Assembly (NCBI GenBank): GCA_021785435.1
Contig: JAJYFE010000005.1
Span: 1-56,352, forward strand
Direction: 5' to 3'
DNA length: 56,352 nucleotides
From: Planctomycetota bacterium
Lineage (GTDB): Bacteria > Planctomycetota > Phycisphaerae > WQYP01
Under the pieces are notes generated by a model. It did no database searches and was not told the origin of the DNA. It saw nothing but the letters and a program-made list of their open reading frames with translations. Shown piece after piece: positions 21,560-31,832 of the stretch (the first letter of the stretch is position 1; every line of letters begins with the position of its first letter). The position numbers and the translations under genes were made by a program.

Positions 21560-22768
21560 TCAGCAACCAACTTCCCGTAGTTCGGTACCGAAGGTGGTCA
21601 AACTCTCCCAACCATCGCGCGTGATTACTCCGGCATCCTCCAGCAGCATCCACACGCCAGCCGGTCCAAGGCTTATTTCGATCACCACGACCATCCCTTC
21701 TTCCAGGACCGTTTCGTCGTCCGGGCCCAATACGGGCGGTTCATGGCACTCAATGCCCAAGCCGTGTCCCAGGTAGGGAAGGGATTGCCCGACCGAGGTT
21801 AGATAATCCTGGCCTGCCCGGTAGACCTCGCACGCACGCGCCCCGGGGCGGATGGCCGCCTGGACGCGCTCGCGGGCCTTTCGTAACAGCTGATAACCAT
21901 CCCGCACCTCGGCCTCAGCCGGGCCGAGCGACACCATCCGCCCGAAATCGGTCGTGTAGCCGCCGTGGATCAGTCCTATGTCGAGCAACACCACGTCGCC
22001 GGGATGGATGCGAAAATCCGGCTCGCGCGAGACAGCGCCGCCGGGCCGGTAGACCGGTGCGACGTAACCGAACTGGAGCGGCGGGCAACCGGCGGCGAGC
22101 GCCCGCTGCATTTCCATCTCCCGCACCTCACCCACGGTTGGCGACCGTGGCAGCAGATCCAATACCGCGCGGTAGATTTCCTCGGCCAGCCGGTACGCCT
22201 GCCGCTGGCGGGCGAGCTCGCTTTCCGTTTTGACCATCCGCATGCGCCACACCACCTCGCTTGCGTTCCGCCAAGTGGCGGCGGGCAGCCGGCTCTGCAA
22301 CTCCTGAAAGATCCCCACTGGCAGATTATTTCTTTCAATGCCGATCCGCGCCCCTGCCAGCCCGCGCTCCTCGATCGCCGCCACCAGGCATTCCACCGCC
22401 GATGGTTTTTGGCCCCGGTCGCAGTACGGCTTGACGTCCGCGATCCAGCCGCGCCCGCGCCAGATATGGGCGCGGTTCTCGTGGGCGATCACGAACGCCG
22501 GGGCCGAACGGTCGGCGGGCAGTCCCGCGAAGTAGTACGCGGCGCAACCGTCATCCTCGCGTTCCAGGCAATGGGCCACCTCGGGGTATTCCCAAACCAG
22601 CAAACTGAACCGCCCGGTCAGGTAGGCCACCGTGTGCCGCCGCGAGGCCAGGATCAGGTCCAGCCCTGCTGCCTCCATCAGCGTCGCGGCGCGGCGTGGG
22701 TCAAACAGCGGTTGAGCATCATGGGCTGGTGCGGCATTCGTAAGCATGGTGAAATCCTCATTTTCCAA
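21560..22768 (-). CDS. M24 family Xaa-Pro peptidase-like protein
   Basis: Creatinase-like N domain plus RMVKT, DIG...GYTTDFGR, GHGLG.ECHE.P, IE and LLED metal-ligand motifs. Confidence 0.88.
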   Translation of the reverse strand: MENEDFTMLTNAAPAHDAQPLFDPRRAATLMEAAGLDLILASRRHTVAYLTGRFSLLVWEYPEVAHCLEREDDGCAAYYFAGLPADRSAPAFVIAHENRAHIWRGRGWIADVKPYCDRGQKPSAVECLVAAIEERGLAGARIGIERNNLPVGIFQELQSRLPAATWRNASEVVWRMRMVKTESELARQRQAYRLAEEIYRAVLDLLPRSPTVGEVREMEMQRALAAGCPPLQFGYVAPVYRPGGAVSREPDFRIHPGDVVLLDIGLIHGGYTTDFGRMVSLGPAEAEVRDGYQLLRKARERVQAAIRPGARACEVYRAGQDYLTSVGQSLPYLGHGLGIECHEPPVLGPDDETVLEEGMVVVIEISLGPAGVWMLLEDAGVITRDGWESLTTFGTELREVGC

Positions 22769-23771
22769 ATACAGCCCGGCAGACCCGGAGGAAGTTCAGG
22801 CCGAGTATCTTTTGGACCTCCCCGTCGCCGTATCCTCGCGTCACCAGGGCGCGCGTGACCAGGGGCATTTGGCTCAGATCATCGATGGCCCAGCGAATGG
22901 AGTTCGCGCCCTGGACCCGTTGAAAATCAAGCCAGGCGCCGCCGGTCGGGAAGAAATCGACGCCGAGTCCGATGTGGTCGATCCCCACCAACGCTTTCAG
23001 GTAGTCGACCTGATCAACGAACTCATCGAGGCCGAAGCCCGGCGCCCGGCGGCCATCCGGCAGCACCTTCGCCAGGTAGGTCGAATAAAAGTGGATCCCG
23101 ATGACCCCTCGGGTGGCCGCGACCGCGCGAATTTGTTCGTCGTCCAAGTCCACCGTGACGCCGCGGGCCGCTCCGTGCGAGACAATCACCGGCCGGCCCG
23201 TCAGGCCGATCACGTCATCGAACGCGCGGCGGGGCAGGTGCGTCAGGTCTATGATCAGGCCGAGGGTGTTCATTTCCCGCACCACCTCCCGGCCGAACGC
23301 GGTAAGCCCCCCCTCTCCGGCGATCTGATTGGCGAAGGCCCAGGTAAGCTGCAACTCGCGCAGGCCAAGCCGATGGAAGGAGCGCAGCAAAGGCAGCTCA
23401 CCCTCCAGCAATTTGCCGCCCTCACAGCCGAGCACGATGGCGCGCCGGCCCGCCGAGTGGGCGGCCTCGATGTCCCCCGCCGTCAGAGCGAGGCGGGCTT
23501 CGTCGGCATGGGACTCGAGGTCGCGGAGCACCTCCTCCAGGCCCAGCAGCGCGCGGCGCGCCCAGCCCTGCCATTGCGCGGCACTGGCCTGATAATCGGC
23601 CCCGATGTCCGCATCCACGCCGATGTTCACCACTTTCGCGATCACGCCGCCCCGTGCCATGCGGGGTAAATCCATGCCCACCGGGTTGTGGTCGTGCATT
23701 ACGATCACCAGCGAGCGTTGATGCAAGTTGAGTGCGTGGTCCCCGGTCATCTGCGTACCCCGCAAAGTCAC
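22758..23771 (-). CDS. M19 membrane dipeptidase family protein
   Basis: HDH, LGCEG, GLT.FGREVVREMN.LG.IIDLTH, SH and GIDHIGLGVDF motifs. Confidence 0.88.
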   Translation of the reverse strand: MTLRGTQMTGDHALNLHQRSLVIVMHDHNPVGMDLPRMARGGVIAKVVNIGVDADIGADYQASAAQWQGWARRALLGLEEVLRDLESHADEARLALTAGDIEAAHSAGRRAIVLGCEGGKLLEGELPLLRSFHRLGLRELQLTWAFANQIAGEGGLTAFGREVVREMNTLGLIIDLTHLPRRAFDDVIGLTGRPVIVSHGAARGVTVDLDDEQIRAVAATRGVIGIHFYSTYLAKVLPDGRRAPGFGLDEFVDQVDYLKALVGIDHIGLGVDFFPTGGAWLDFQRVQGANSIRWAIDDLSQMPLVTRALVTRGYGDGEVQKILGLNFLRVCRAVFGK

Positions 23772-24664
23772 AAAACGCTGGTTTGGGTAATCAAGCGCTT
23801 GGGAAATTTCACCTTGCAGGTGACGCCGCTCTGATTTACCACCTGCGAGATGGCGGCGTGGCCGGCGGCGCCCGCCAGAAGGTAGGCCTCCTCAAACCGC
23901 GTTCGCAGGCGTGACGCGAGAAATGTCACCATCCGGTCAGCGGCCGTTCGTAGCGCCGTCTCCGGATCCGGATCGGTGGCCAGCGTAATCCACTCGGCTT
24001 CGGTTTCCACGAGCGGACCATCGACCGGCGCCCGCTCCGCCAACGAAACCCGGATACCCACCTCGCCGGCGACCTCCACTCCGCTGCCGCTGATTTCCCC
24101 GTCACCCATCGCGGCATGCACGTCCGCGAGGTACAAGCCGGCGCCTGGCGCCTGTACGGGCAGATGCACCCGCGCGCCGGCGGCGATCTCCCGCGTGTCC
24201 AGATTCCCGCCGTAGTCACCGGTCATCAGCGTGCGCACGGTCCATGTCGCCGGTGTGACGCCGATGACGCCCACCATCGGCGCCACCGGTAATCGGCGCC
24301 CGCGGGGGAACTCGATATGGCTATCTCGAATCGGGAGAAACAGTACCTCGTCTTTCCCGACCTTGCCGCCCAAAAGGCCCACGCCCGGCCGTAACACCAT
24401 GATGCCGACGTCAGCCACTCGAACATGCAGGATCTCCACGCACAGGCCCATTCCGGGCCGCGCCCCTTCCACCCGAATGGGGCCGAATGCCGGGCACCGG
24501 TTGCCCCGATGGATGTTCCCATGGGTGGCGGGATCATGCCGCACCCCGCCCTCCACCCAGTCGGGAATGAACAGCGCCTCCTCCACGCCGACCCGCATCG
24601 CCAACACCGGCGCGGTGGCGGGTCCGATCTCATAATTGTAATGGGTAAATCGGTGGACTCCCAT
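23768..24664 (-). CDS. acetamidase/formamidase family protein
   Basis: GPIRVEGARPG, PMVGVIGV, GGNLD and DVHAAMGDGEISG motifs; start taken at MGVHRF. Confidence 0.88.
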   Translation of the reverse strand: MGVHRFTHYNYEIGPATAPVLAMRVGVEEALFIPDWVEGGVRHDPATHGNIHRGNRCPAFGPIRVEGARPGMGLCVEILHVRVADVGIMVLRPGVGLLGGKVGKDEVLFLPIRDSHIEFPRGRRLPVAPMVGVIGVTPATWTVRTLMTGDYGGNLDTREIAAGARVHLPVQAPGAGLYLADVHAAMGDGEISGSGVEVAGEVGIRVSLAERAPVDGPLVETEAEWITLATDPDPETALRTAADRMVTFLASRLRTRFEEAYLLAGAAGHAAISQVVNQSGVTCKVKFPKRLITQTSVL

Positions 24665-24665
24665 T

Positions 24666-25835
24666 TCAACCCCGTGGCTCGAATTTATCGACGGCCGCCA
24701 CGACGCGGCGACCGGCCTCCATAACATCACGCGTTTCGCCTCCGAAGGGGATCCGCAGCCAGCCCGACAGGCCGTGGTACGTCCCCGGCGTATTCGGAAC
24801 GCCGTGCGACTCGATCAGGCGCCGCGAGAACCGCACATCCTCTTTTCCCAGTCCGGCCACCTTCACGAATACAAACGGGTTGCCGCCCGGCGCCGTCACT
24901 GCGAGCCGGGGGCTGGCCCGCAGGATCCCGACCAGCGCATCGCGGTTACGCTGGAACCGGGCCGTTACGTCCGCCAGCCAGCCGGCGCCGGAGCGCAGGA
25001 CCAGCGCCGCCACCTTTTGGTTCAGGTAGGGGCCGAACAGGTTGGTCCATTCCAGGGCTTTCCGCGCTGCCCGGATGGCGGGGGCCGGTCCCACCAGGTA
25101 CCCGACGCGCCATTGGGGCAGACCGTAGCTTTTCGTGAAGGACCGGACCAGCAGCCCGCATTCCCGCCCCATCCGGGTGGCGAAGAAGCTGGTATGCCGG
25201 CGTCCGTCGTACACCAGTTTATCGTACGACTCGTCGCTGATGACCACCCCGCCCGTCGTCTTCGCCCATGCGGCGATCGCGCCCAACGTCGCCGCATCCG
25301 GCACGACGCCGGTGGGATTCACAGGCGCGTTGAGGATCAGGACCCGCGCCCGCGGAAACGCGGCAAGCCTTTCGACCGGCAGCCGAAAGGCCTGCCGCGG
25401 ATCACAGGGCGCCGGCCGCGGCACACCGCCGCAAAGCTCAATGAGTCCGCCGAAAAAGAAGCTGGGCGTGAAATACAACACCTCCGCGCCGGGGTCGAGC
25501 GTCGTCAACAGGGCCAGCTGCAGGGCGTGCATGGCGCCCGCCGTGACCAGTACCTCCGACTCCGGATCCGGTCGCCAGCCCACTTCACCCGCCAGCCGGT
25601 CGGCGATGGCTTCGCGAAGCTCCAGCAGCCCGACCGAGGGCGGATGGGCGCCCACTTTCAGCCCGCGCGCGGCCGCGGCGCGGATGGCTTCCGGCAACGG
25701 GTGGCTCGGATAGGCGCTCAACGGCAGCATTCCGGTTCCGCGCCTCCGGGCGGCCGCGGCCAGTTCATCGGTCAAACGGGAGCCGACGCGTGGGATGCGT
25801 TCGATGCGCGCCGCGATGGGGAGCTGATACGTCAT
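24666..25835 (-). CDS. class I/II PLP-dependent aminotransferase
   Basis: GL.ELREAIA, VTAGA, PVNPTG, SDESY and SFTKSYGLPQWRVGY motifs. Confidence 0.92.
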   Translation of the reverse strand: MTYQLPIAARIERIPRVGSRLTDELAAAARRRGTGMLPLSAYPSHPLPEAIRAAAARGLKVGAHPPSVGLLELREAIADRLAGEVGWRPDPESEVLVTAGAMHALQLALLTTLDPGAEVLYFTPSFFFGGLIELCGGVPRPAPCDPRQAFRLPVERLAAFPRARVLILNAPVNPTGVVPDAATLGAIAAWAKTTGGVVISDESYDKLVYDGRRHTSFFATRMGRECGLLVRSFTKSYGLPQWRVGYLVGPAPAIRAARKALEWTNLFGPYLNQKVAALVLRSGAGWLADVTARFQRNRDALVGILRASPRLAVTAPGGNPFVFVKVAGLGKEDVRFSRRLIESHGVPNTPGTYHGLSGWLRIPFGGETRDVMEAGRRVVAAVDKFEPRG

Positions 25836-26048
25836 GCGAATACCCGTTAGCGGAAAACCGGGGGCCGGTTAAACCCAACCCTTCACGGCCGAGACGCGGA
25901 GATCGCGGAGACTGGGGAAATGAAAACGCCCTGGGGAGGGCTTTTCCACAACACCGCGGGTACGGGATGTCCGCGGCGACATCCTGGTTATCCCTTTATT
26001 CCTCCGCCGCCCCTGCGTGCTCCGCGCCTCCGCGGTGGAAAATTCGGC

Positions 26049-26879
26049 TTAAGACGGCTGGCGCAGGCCCGCGCCGCGGAGGCGCCGGACCACCGCGGCG
26101 CACGCCTCCAGCGCCGTCATCCCATCCGGGACCGCGCCTTCAATGGCGACCACGCCGCGGTAATCGACCGCCTCCACAACGCGGATCGCTTCCGCAAAGT
26201 TGATCTCGCCAAATCCCGGCAGGGGCCGGTCCGGTTTCCCCGGCGCGGAGCAAAAATCCGAAAAATGAATATACCCGATTTGCGGCTTTGCCCGCGCCAG
26301 GGCCGCGTTGAAATCCTCCCCGTTGCAGTGGGCATGGTAGGTGTCGGCGCACACCATGACGCTCGGCGATCCGAGGCCACGGCAGAATTCAGCGGCCGAC
26401 TCAATCGTATCGAGCAACGGGCGGTTCGGGCGGGAAAGCGGCTCGAGGAAAACCTTCGTGCCAATCGCCGCCGCATACCTGCCCAATTCCGCGAACGACT
26501 CGCCCACGTACGCCAACGCCTCATCGCGGGCGGCCGGCGCCGCTTCCGGTTCCCGCCGGTGGTCGATCGTCACGACGCCCCCGGCGTTCGATTCCACCGC
26601 GAGGTCGAGCAACGGCTTCATTCGCTCCAGGGCGAAACGGCGGGTTGCGGCGGCGGGGCTACAGGCGCCACGGATGCCGTAAACCCAAATCGCGCCGATC
26701 TCCAGCCCGGCGTCGCGCGACCTCCGCACGGTCTCTTTCGCCAACGGTATGTACTCCGGCCTGCCGCAGCCGACCCAGGCCAGTTCGATGGCCGCGAAAC
26801 CCGCCGCCTTGAGCTTAGGCAATACGCGAGCCACTTCCTCGACCGGGAACAGCATGTCCGGACAGGAAAGCGGAATCAT
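26049..26879 (-). CDS. sugar phosphate isomerase/epimerase (D-psicose/tagatose 3-epimerase-like)
   Basis: LEPL, DTYH, YIHFSD, R.LPGFGEINF and YRGVVAIE metal-binding motifs. Confidence 0.85.
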   Translation of the reverse strand: MIPLSCPDMLFPVEEVARVLPKLKAAGFAAIELAWVGCGRPEYIPLAKETVRRSRDAGLEIGAIWVYGIRGACSPAAATRRFALERMKPLLDLAVESNAGGVVTIDHRREPEAAPAARDEALAYVGESFAELGRYAAAIGTKVFLEPLSRPNRPLLDTIESAAEFCRGLGSPSVMVCADTYHAHCNGEDFNAALARAKPQIGYIHFSDFCSAPGKPDRPLPGFGEINFAEAIRVVEAVDYRGVVAIEGAVPDGMTALEACAAVVRRLRGAGLRQPS

Positions 26880-26967
26880 CGTTGGTCTCCTGGATTTCGC
26901 GTTCCTACCCAGCGCCGGCTGGGTGATCCGGCAGGCCTTGGCCTGCCGGATCAGCGGCGCCCAAGCC

Positions 26968-28272
26968 TCACCACGCCTCTTGTTTCGCGGCGTAGCTGGG
27001 ATTCACGATTCGTATCGGCATCATGCAGACATCAAACGGGGCGCCCAGTGTCATAATCGGAGGGGGGACAACTTGGTAGTATGGGTCGTTCATGGCCTCG
27101 TATTGCAGCTGGCTGGTATCCGTGGCGCCATTGACCGGGACGACCGGGTTACCATTGTAGTTGTGGAACGTGAAAATGTTGTCGCCGTCTTGGCCCACGT
27201 AAGGCGAAATTTCCCAGGTCACGTGATCGTCACCGAAGCCGACATTCTGGCCGTCGCCGGCGTGATTGCCGGAGTTGTAAATATAGGGGCCATAAGTATT
27301 GGCCGTCGGCAGCGTGGCGACGGCCCGCTGGTACACGCCCATGCCCGGACCGTCGCCAGTGGGTCCCCACCCCCACGGCCCGGTGCCATTCTCCGGCGAC
27401 ATGTCGCTGACCAGGGGAACTTGGGTGTTGGCGCCGTTGGTGGTCCACCACTGACCCACGGGGCCGGGGACGCCCGAACTTATGACATTCGAAGGGTACG
27501 GGAAAGCGGTGGAATAGCTTATGCCTTGGCCCTCCTTGCTGGTTACATAGCCGCCGACGGAGCTGTAGGCGCCGGAGCCGGGCACCAAGCCAAAGTTGCT
27601 GAAGTATGCGGGAACTCCCGCATTTTTATAGTATTCCTCGGATGGGCCGAACGCCAAGGGGTCCGACGGGCAGATGAACGTCGCCGGGGTGGCATAGCCC
27701 TGGAGCACCAATATCCACAAGCCCGCCAGCGTGTCGACCATGCTTCCCGGATGCGAACTCTTGTACCAATCTTGCACCACGTTGGCGGCGGCGCCGGCCT
27801 CGGTGGGGACGTAGCCATAGGCGTTGTCGGGCGCGTAGTCGACGGCGCCCCCGCCGTAAGCTCCCGTAGCCGCGGACGCATTGGCGGTCGCCGGGAACGT
27901 GCCGTAGTTGCTGTTCGCGTACGTGGTCATCGCCTGGATGATCCCGCGGATGTTGGCCATGCACACCGCCCGGTTGGCCAGTTCCCGGGCCTTGGCCAAG
28001 GCTGGTAAAAGTATAGATATCAATATAGCTATAATTGATATCACCACCAGCAGCTCGATCAGCGTGAACGCGGCGCGTTTAGTTCGCGCCGGGCGCAGGC
28101 GGGCATCGAGGGCGGCCAGGAGCGGGGCGTCGGTGTAATCGCCGGGACGCCACGCGCCTGAACCGTCCAGCCCGGCGGGCCGCAGTTCCGCCACGGCGGC
28201 TCGCCTTGTCGAGTCGCCCTCTTCGGCGACTTCGGCCGCCAGGGCCAGCAGGTTGACTTGGGAAGCACTCAT
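26968..28272 (-). CDS. prepilin-type N-terminal cleavage/methylation protein (DUF1559-like)
   Basis: [40 protein letters not shown] and an H-X9-DG-like [16 protein letters not shown]. Further in-frame starts at 28350 and 28443. Confidence 0.88.
   Translation of the reverse strand: MSASQVNLLALAAEVAEEGDSTRRAAVAELRPAGLDGSGAWRPGDYTDAPLLAALDARLRPARTKRAAFTLIELLVVISIIAILISILLPALAKARELANRAVCMANIRGIIQAMTTYANSNYGTFPATANASAATGAYGGGAVDYAPDNAYGYVPTEAGAAANVVQDWYKSSHPGSMVDTLAGLWILVLQGYATPATFICPSDPLAFGPSEEYYKNAGVPAYFSNFGLVPGSGAYSSVGGYVTSKEGQGISYSTAFPYPSNVISSGVPGPVGQWWTTNGANTQVPLVSDMSPENGTGPWGWGPTGDGPGMGVYQRAVATLPTANTYGPYIYNSGNHAGDGQNVGFGDDHVTWEISPYVGQDGDNIFTFHNYNGNPVVPVNGATDTSQLQYEAMNDPYYQVVPPPIMTLGAPFDVCMMPIRIVNPSYAAKQEAW
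28199..28230. repeat. repeat family A copy inside the prepilin leader coding region
   Basis: GCTCGCCTTGTCGAGTCGCCCTCTTCGGCGAC; translates as [11 protein letters not shown] on the minus strand. Confidence 0.9.
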
Positions 28273-28545
28273 GAAAGTCTCCTTACAAAAAGAGGGAACA
28301 ATCCCGCCCATCCGCGGTTTCAGGTTTTCAGCGCCTTGGGAACCATTCATGGAAGTCTCCTGTAAAAAATGGACCACAATCTTTACGCCAGCCGTCGAGG
28401 GCGACGGCTCTACATGGGAATTGATGCCTTGTGGCACTTCCATGGAAATCTCCTTAAAAAAAAAGGGGGAACAATGTCACCCGTTGGCGGTCTTGTGTTT
28501 CCAGTTTTCGATGCATCGAACACGGTAAACTCCTTACAAAAAAAG
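28270..28545 (-). repeat. four degenerate tandem units, each ending in a T-run, an SD-like AGGAG and a start codon
   Basis: TTTTTGTAAGGAGACTTTCATG (28272), TTTTTTACAGGAGACTTCCATG (28350), TTTTTTTTAAGGAGATTTCCATG (28443) and TTTTTTGTAAGGAGTTTACCGTG (28523). Confidence 0.85.
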
Positions 28546-28639
28546 CCAACGCTTTCATAATAGCCCCGGGGCCCGGGGCTTGTCTTTAGCAATTTTGATA
28601 ACGGATGTCACAGTCTTAAACACAGCGCCGGCCCCCTTT

Positions 28640-30583
28640 TCAAGGCCTTGGGAGCTTGCGGCCCCAGGCTTGCATGACCCGGGCGATGGAACCGTACCCG
28701 GCCGGCCCGTTGTCGAACACCCAGCCGCCCTTGAAACTCCGGATAAATGTTTCCAAGCCGTCCAATTCCTGTCTGGCCCGCCGAAACTTGCCCTGCGCGC
28801 GCCGATCCAGGAAACGGCGGGTGCGCAGAGCCACCTGATAGCCCGCCCAGACGCCTTCCAGGCGTTGGGCGTACAGATGGCGGCCCCGAACCAGCGCCCG
28901 GGCCCGGGCCATATCGCGCCCCAGTTTCCGAAGCAGCGCGTCCGTGAAAAGATTCCACGCGCCCCAGCCGCCGCTGTAGAAATGGCCCCCGCCTTCCGCC
29001 GCCTTTTCCATGGCCTGGTAATACCGCTTCATGGGCGCCGCGGCGGGGCCGAAATAATTCTGGTAGTACCGGTCCAATTCCTTGTGGACGTTCATATTGG
29101 GATTCCACAGGAGCTGGCCGTACATATACAGGTCCAGCCCCTGCGGCCCCCAGCTCGGGTGCGACTCCAGGTACACTCCATCCACGTGGTAACGGCGGTA
29201 GGCGCGCAAGCGATTCACCATGGTATGAATAATGGGCAGCGGGCCGTACCAGCAGTAACCGGACCAATATTCGTAGGTCATCAGGGGCGGCCTCGTCAGC
29301 CGGGCATAACCCTTCAGGACCTTGAGGAAATTCGCGTTCCCCGGGCTGGACGGATCGGTCAGGCTTCTGGAATAATCGCTGTAGGATGCGGTGTAGGCGG
29401 CAGCCTGCACCACCAGGTTCGGCGCCAGTGAATGGACCAGGCTGGGGACCCCGGTGTACTCGGAATAGGCGAGGCAGCCGATCCTGGCCCAAGGCACTGC
29501 CTTGGCCACCAGGCGGGCCACAATATTATTGAATTCGCAGACGCGATTAGACATCGACACGCCGCCGTAGGGACTTTTTTGGCCGGGATCGTCCATGGCT
29601 CTGGACTTCGGGCCTTGGCTAAAGAGTCCCAAGTTATCCTGCGGGGTGATGGAAAAAATCCGCTGTTCGGGATTGGCCTTGGCCTCGGCGATAATTTGGG
29701 CGGCCACCAGTTTTTGTACGGCCCGGTTGGCCAAGTCCAGTTGTCCATTGGGGTCGCGTCGGCCATTGATTAAAGCGAAATAGTTCGGATGTTTGGCGAA
29801 ATATTCCTGGGGCGGCACCAGCTGGTCGTAACTGCCGTCCCCAAAATTCACCCAAAAGCAACCGCCGTATTTTGTGATGAGGCCCGCCTGGCCGGTATTG
29901 ACCAGGTCAACATTCAAGCGACTGCGCACCGCCCACAGGCGGGCCATGGCGCGCTGCCGGGCCGTTTCGTCCTGCCACTCCACGTATTTTCTGATTCCCC
30001 AGCGATATTTATACGCGGGGCGATACGTCTTGCGGCCCAGCGGCAGAACAATCCGTTTCAATTTTGGCACATATTCGCCCCAGCGCTCGGGCCGATACCA
30101 GCGCACGCCGAGGCTTTCCAGAAACTGGTACACGCCGTACAACGTGCCGCGTTCCTGAACAAAGACCTGCCCTTGCGCTTTGACCGTCGGGCCAATGCCG
30201 CCGGCGATGCGCAGGCGATGGGGGCTTACGGCGATGGCGAAAGAGTCCGGCCCCAGCTTTTGCCAACCCAGGCCGCGGTTGTAGGGATGCGGGCCAAGGA
30301 TAATCAGCGGGGCGCCGACCGGTGTGGCGGTCCGCGCGATTTTCAACTTTTTACCCGTGATTCGCCGCAGGTAAGTCCGCAACTGCCGCGCCGCGAAGTT
30401 TTCCACCGGCGTCGGCGAAACCGGCAGCACGATCACCGGCGTGCGATGGGCGCCCAGCAGGACCATCGATGAACGGGCGGCCGCGGGTGGCGCCGCAACC
30501 GCCTGGCGGCAGGCGCCGCCCGCGAACAGCATCGCCAGCAGGGCGCCAGCGACGCGGAAATAGGGTTGGCAGGTGTACCGCAT
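28640..30583 (-). CDS. secreted DUF4838-like protein (putative glycoside hydrolase-like)
   Basis: Signal peptide, E.FAA.QL..YL..ITG, RGTLYGVY.FLE.LGVRW, YFA.HP.YFAL..G.R, LAY..Y and LLWNP motifs; SD AGGAGG upstream. Confidence 0.75.
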   Translation of the reverse strand: MRYTCQPYFRVAGALLAMLFAGGACRQAVAAPPAAARSSMVLLGAHRTPVIVLPVSPTPVENFAARQLRTYLRRITGKKLKIARTATPVGAPLIILGPHPYNRGLGWQKLGPDSFAIAVSPHRLRIAGGIGPTVKAQGQVFVQERGTLYGVYQFLESLGVRWYRPERWGEYVPKLKRIVLPLGRKTYRPAYKYRWGIRKYVEWQDETARQRAMARLWAVRSRLNVDLVNTGQAGLITKYGGCFWVNFGDGSYDQLVPPQEYFAKHPNYFALINGRRDPNGQLDLANRAVQKLVAAQIIAEAKANPEQRIFSITPQDNLGLFSQGPKSRAMDDPGQKSPYGGVSMSNRVCEFNNIVARLVAKAVPWARIGCLAYSEYTGVPSLVHSLAPNLVVQAAAYTASYSDYSRSLTDPSSPGNANFLKVLKGYARLTRPPLMTYEYWSGYCWYGPLPIIHTMVNRLRAYRRYHVDGVYLESHPSWGPQGLDLYMYGQLLWNPNMNVHKELDRYYQNYFGPAAAPMKRYYQAMEKAAEGGGHFYSGGWGAWNLFTDALLRKLGRDMARARALVRGRHLYAQRLEGVWAGYQVALRTRRFLDRRAQGKFRRARQELDGLETFIRSFKGGWVFDNGPAGYGSIARVMQAWGRKLPRP

Positions 30584-30724
30584 GGTTTGGTCCTCCTATC
30601 TTGTTTCGATTCATCCACCCGGTGCGGCGGCTGGTTCTTGTTCCGATCGCACGGCTTGGTATGATAATAAACAATGAAGGCGTGCGCCTTTAGCGATCCT
30701 GATAATATATTTCACGATCTTGAT

Positions 30725-31702
30725 ATGACCAGCCCAGCTAAATCGCCGGTTTCCGTCGTGCGGCCCGCCGGGGCGGTGCACGGGCCCCCGGTGCGACCAG
30801 TGCCGTCCGTGGGTTGCGACCGGGCGGTTATGACGAGCTTCGCCGCGGTGGGCGAAGTGCCGGTGCGACAAGTGCTGTACTGCGATCGTTACTCGCGTCC
30901 GCCCAGTGGCGCCCTGGTCGTCAGCGACGGGTACCCGGGCCATCTGCTGCAACTGGCGGTCAGCGGTCGCGTGGAGTACGAGGTGGCCGGGCGTACCTAC
31001 CTGCTGCGGCCGGGCGACTTAATCTGGCACCACGAGCTCGAGACGGTCAAGCGGCGCGTCTTGACGGGGCAGTGGGAATGCTACAGCGTGAATTTTCTGG
31101 CGCCGGATTTGCCGCCGCCGCCGTTCGATCGGCGGGTGCGCCATGTCAGCCCGGCGATCGAGCGCCGCTTCGCCGCGCTGCTGGCGGCTTGGCGGCAAAC
31201 GGCCGCGCTGCCGGTGGTGCGTTTGCTGCGCGTCCATGCGGCCTTAGGCGAGTTGTTGGCGGATCTATTGGCGGGCTCGTCCGCGCCAACTCCCGAAAGC
31301 GGCTTCCGCACGGACGAGCCGGCCTTGTTGTGGTGGCAAATCGAAGAGCGCCTGCGCCACAAGCTCGCCGGGCCGATGACCACGCGGCGAATCGCCGAAA
31401 TAGCCGGCTACAGTTTCGCCACAGTCAACTCCGCTTGTCATGCCGCGACGGGTCAATCGCCGATGAAGCGCTTTAAGCACCTTCGCCTGAGCCTGGCCCG
31501 CAGCCTGGTGGAACGCTCGCGGATGAAATTTTGGGAAATCGCCGAGCATGTCGGTTACGAACTGCAGCATCAGTTCAGCCGCGACTACCATAAAGCGTTC
31601 GGCGCCGCGCCGCGCGACCACCGCCGCGCGGCTGCTGGGCAGGGGCCCGAGGGGGGCGGGGGCCGACGGAGCCAGGCTCAAGCGCAAAGGCGCGGCGGGT
31701 AG
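30725..31702 (+). CDS. AraC family transcriptional regulator
   Basis: Cupin-like N domain plus C-terminal IAE.AGYS...TGQSP...LRL..AR.L...IAEHVGY....FSR.Y.K.FG..P. Confidence 0.9.
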   Translation: MTSPAKSPVSVVRPAGAVHGPPVRPVPSVGCDRAVMTSFAAVGEVPVRQVLYCDRYSRPPSGALVVSDGYPGHLLQLAVSGRVEYEVAGRTYLLRPGDLIWHHELETVKRRVLTGQWECYSVNFLAPDLPPPPFDRRVRHVSPAIERRFAALLAAWRQTAALPVVRLLRVHAALGELLADLLAGSSAPTPESGFRTDEPALLWWQIEERLRHKLAGPMTTRRIAEIAGYSFATVNSACHAATGQSPMKRFKHLRLSLARSLVERSRMKFWEIAEHVGYELQHQFSRDYHKAFGAAPRDHRRAAAGQGPEGGGGRRSQAQAQRRGG

Positions 31703-31832
31703 ACCCCGTGTGACGACCAGCCGACGGGGCGTCGGCTCTACAGGGGGGGCGGCGCTACGGGGGGCTGAAGCGCGAAGTATTTTATTAAAACTGCCAAAGG
31801 CGCGAGCCGCGCCGCAAGCTTATAATTACCAT

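Noticed and set aside
25880-26045. CGCGGAG-rich inverted repeats between the epimerase and aminotransferase genes
   Set aside because: Degenerate MITE-like debris without definable ends or a clear second full copy in the window.
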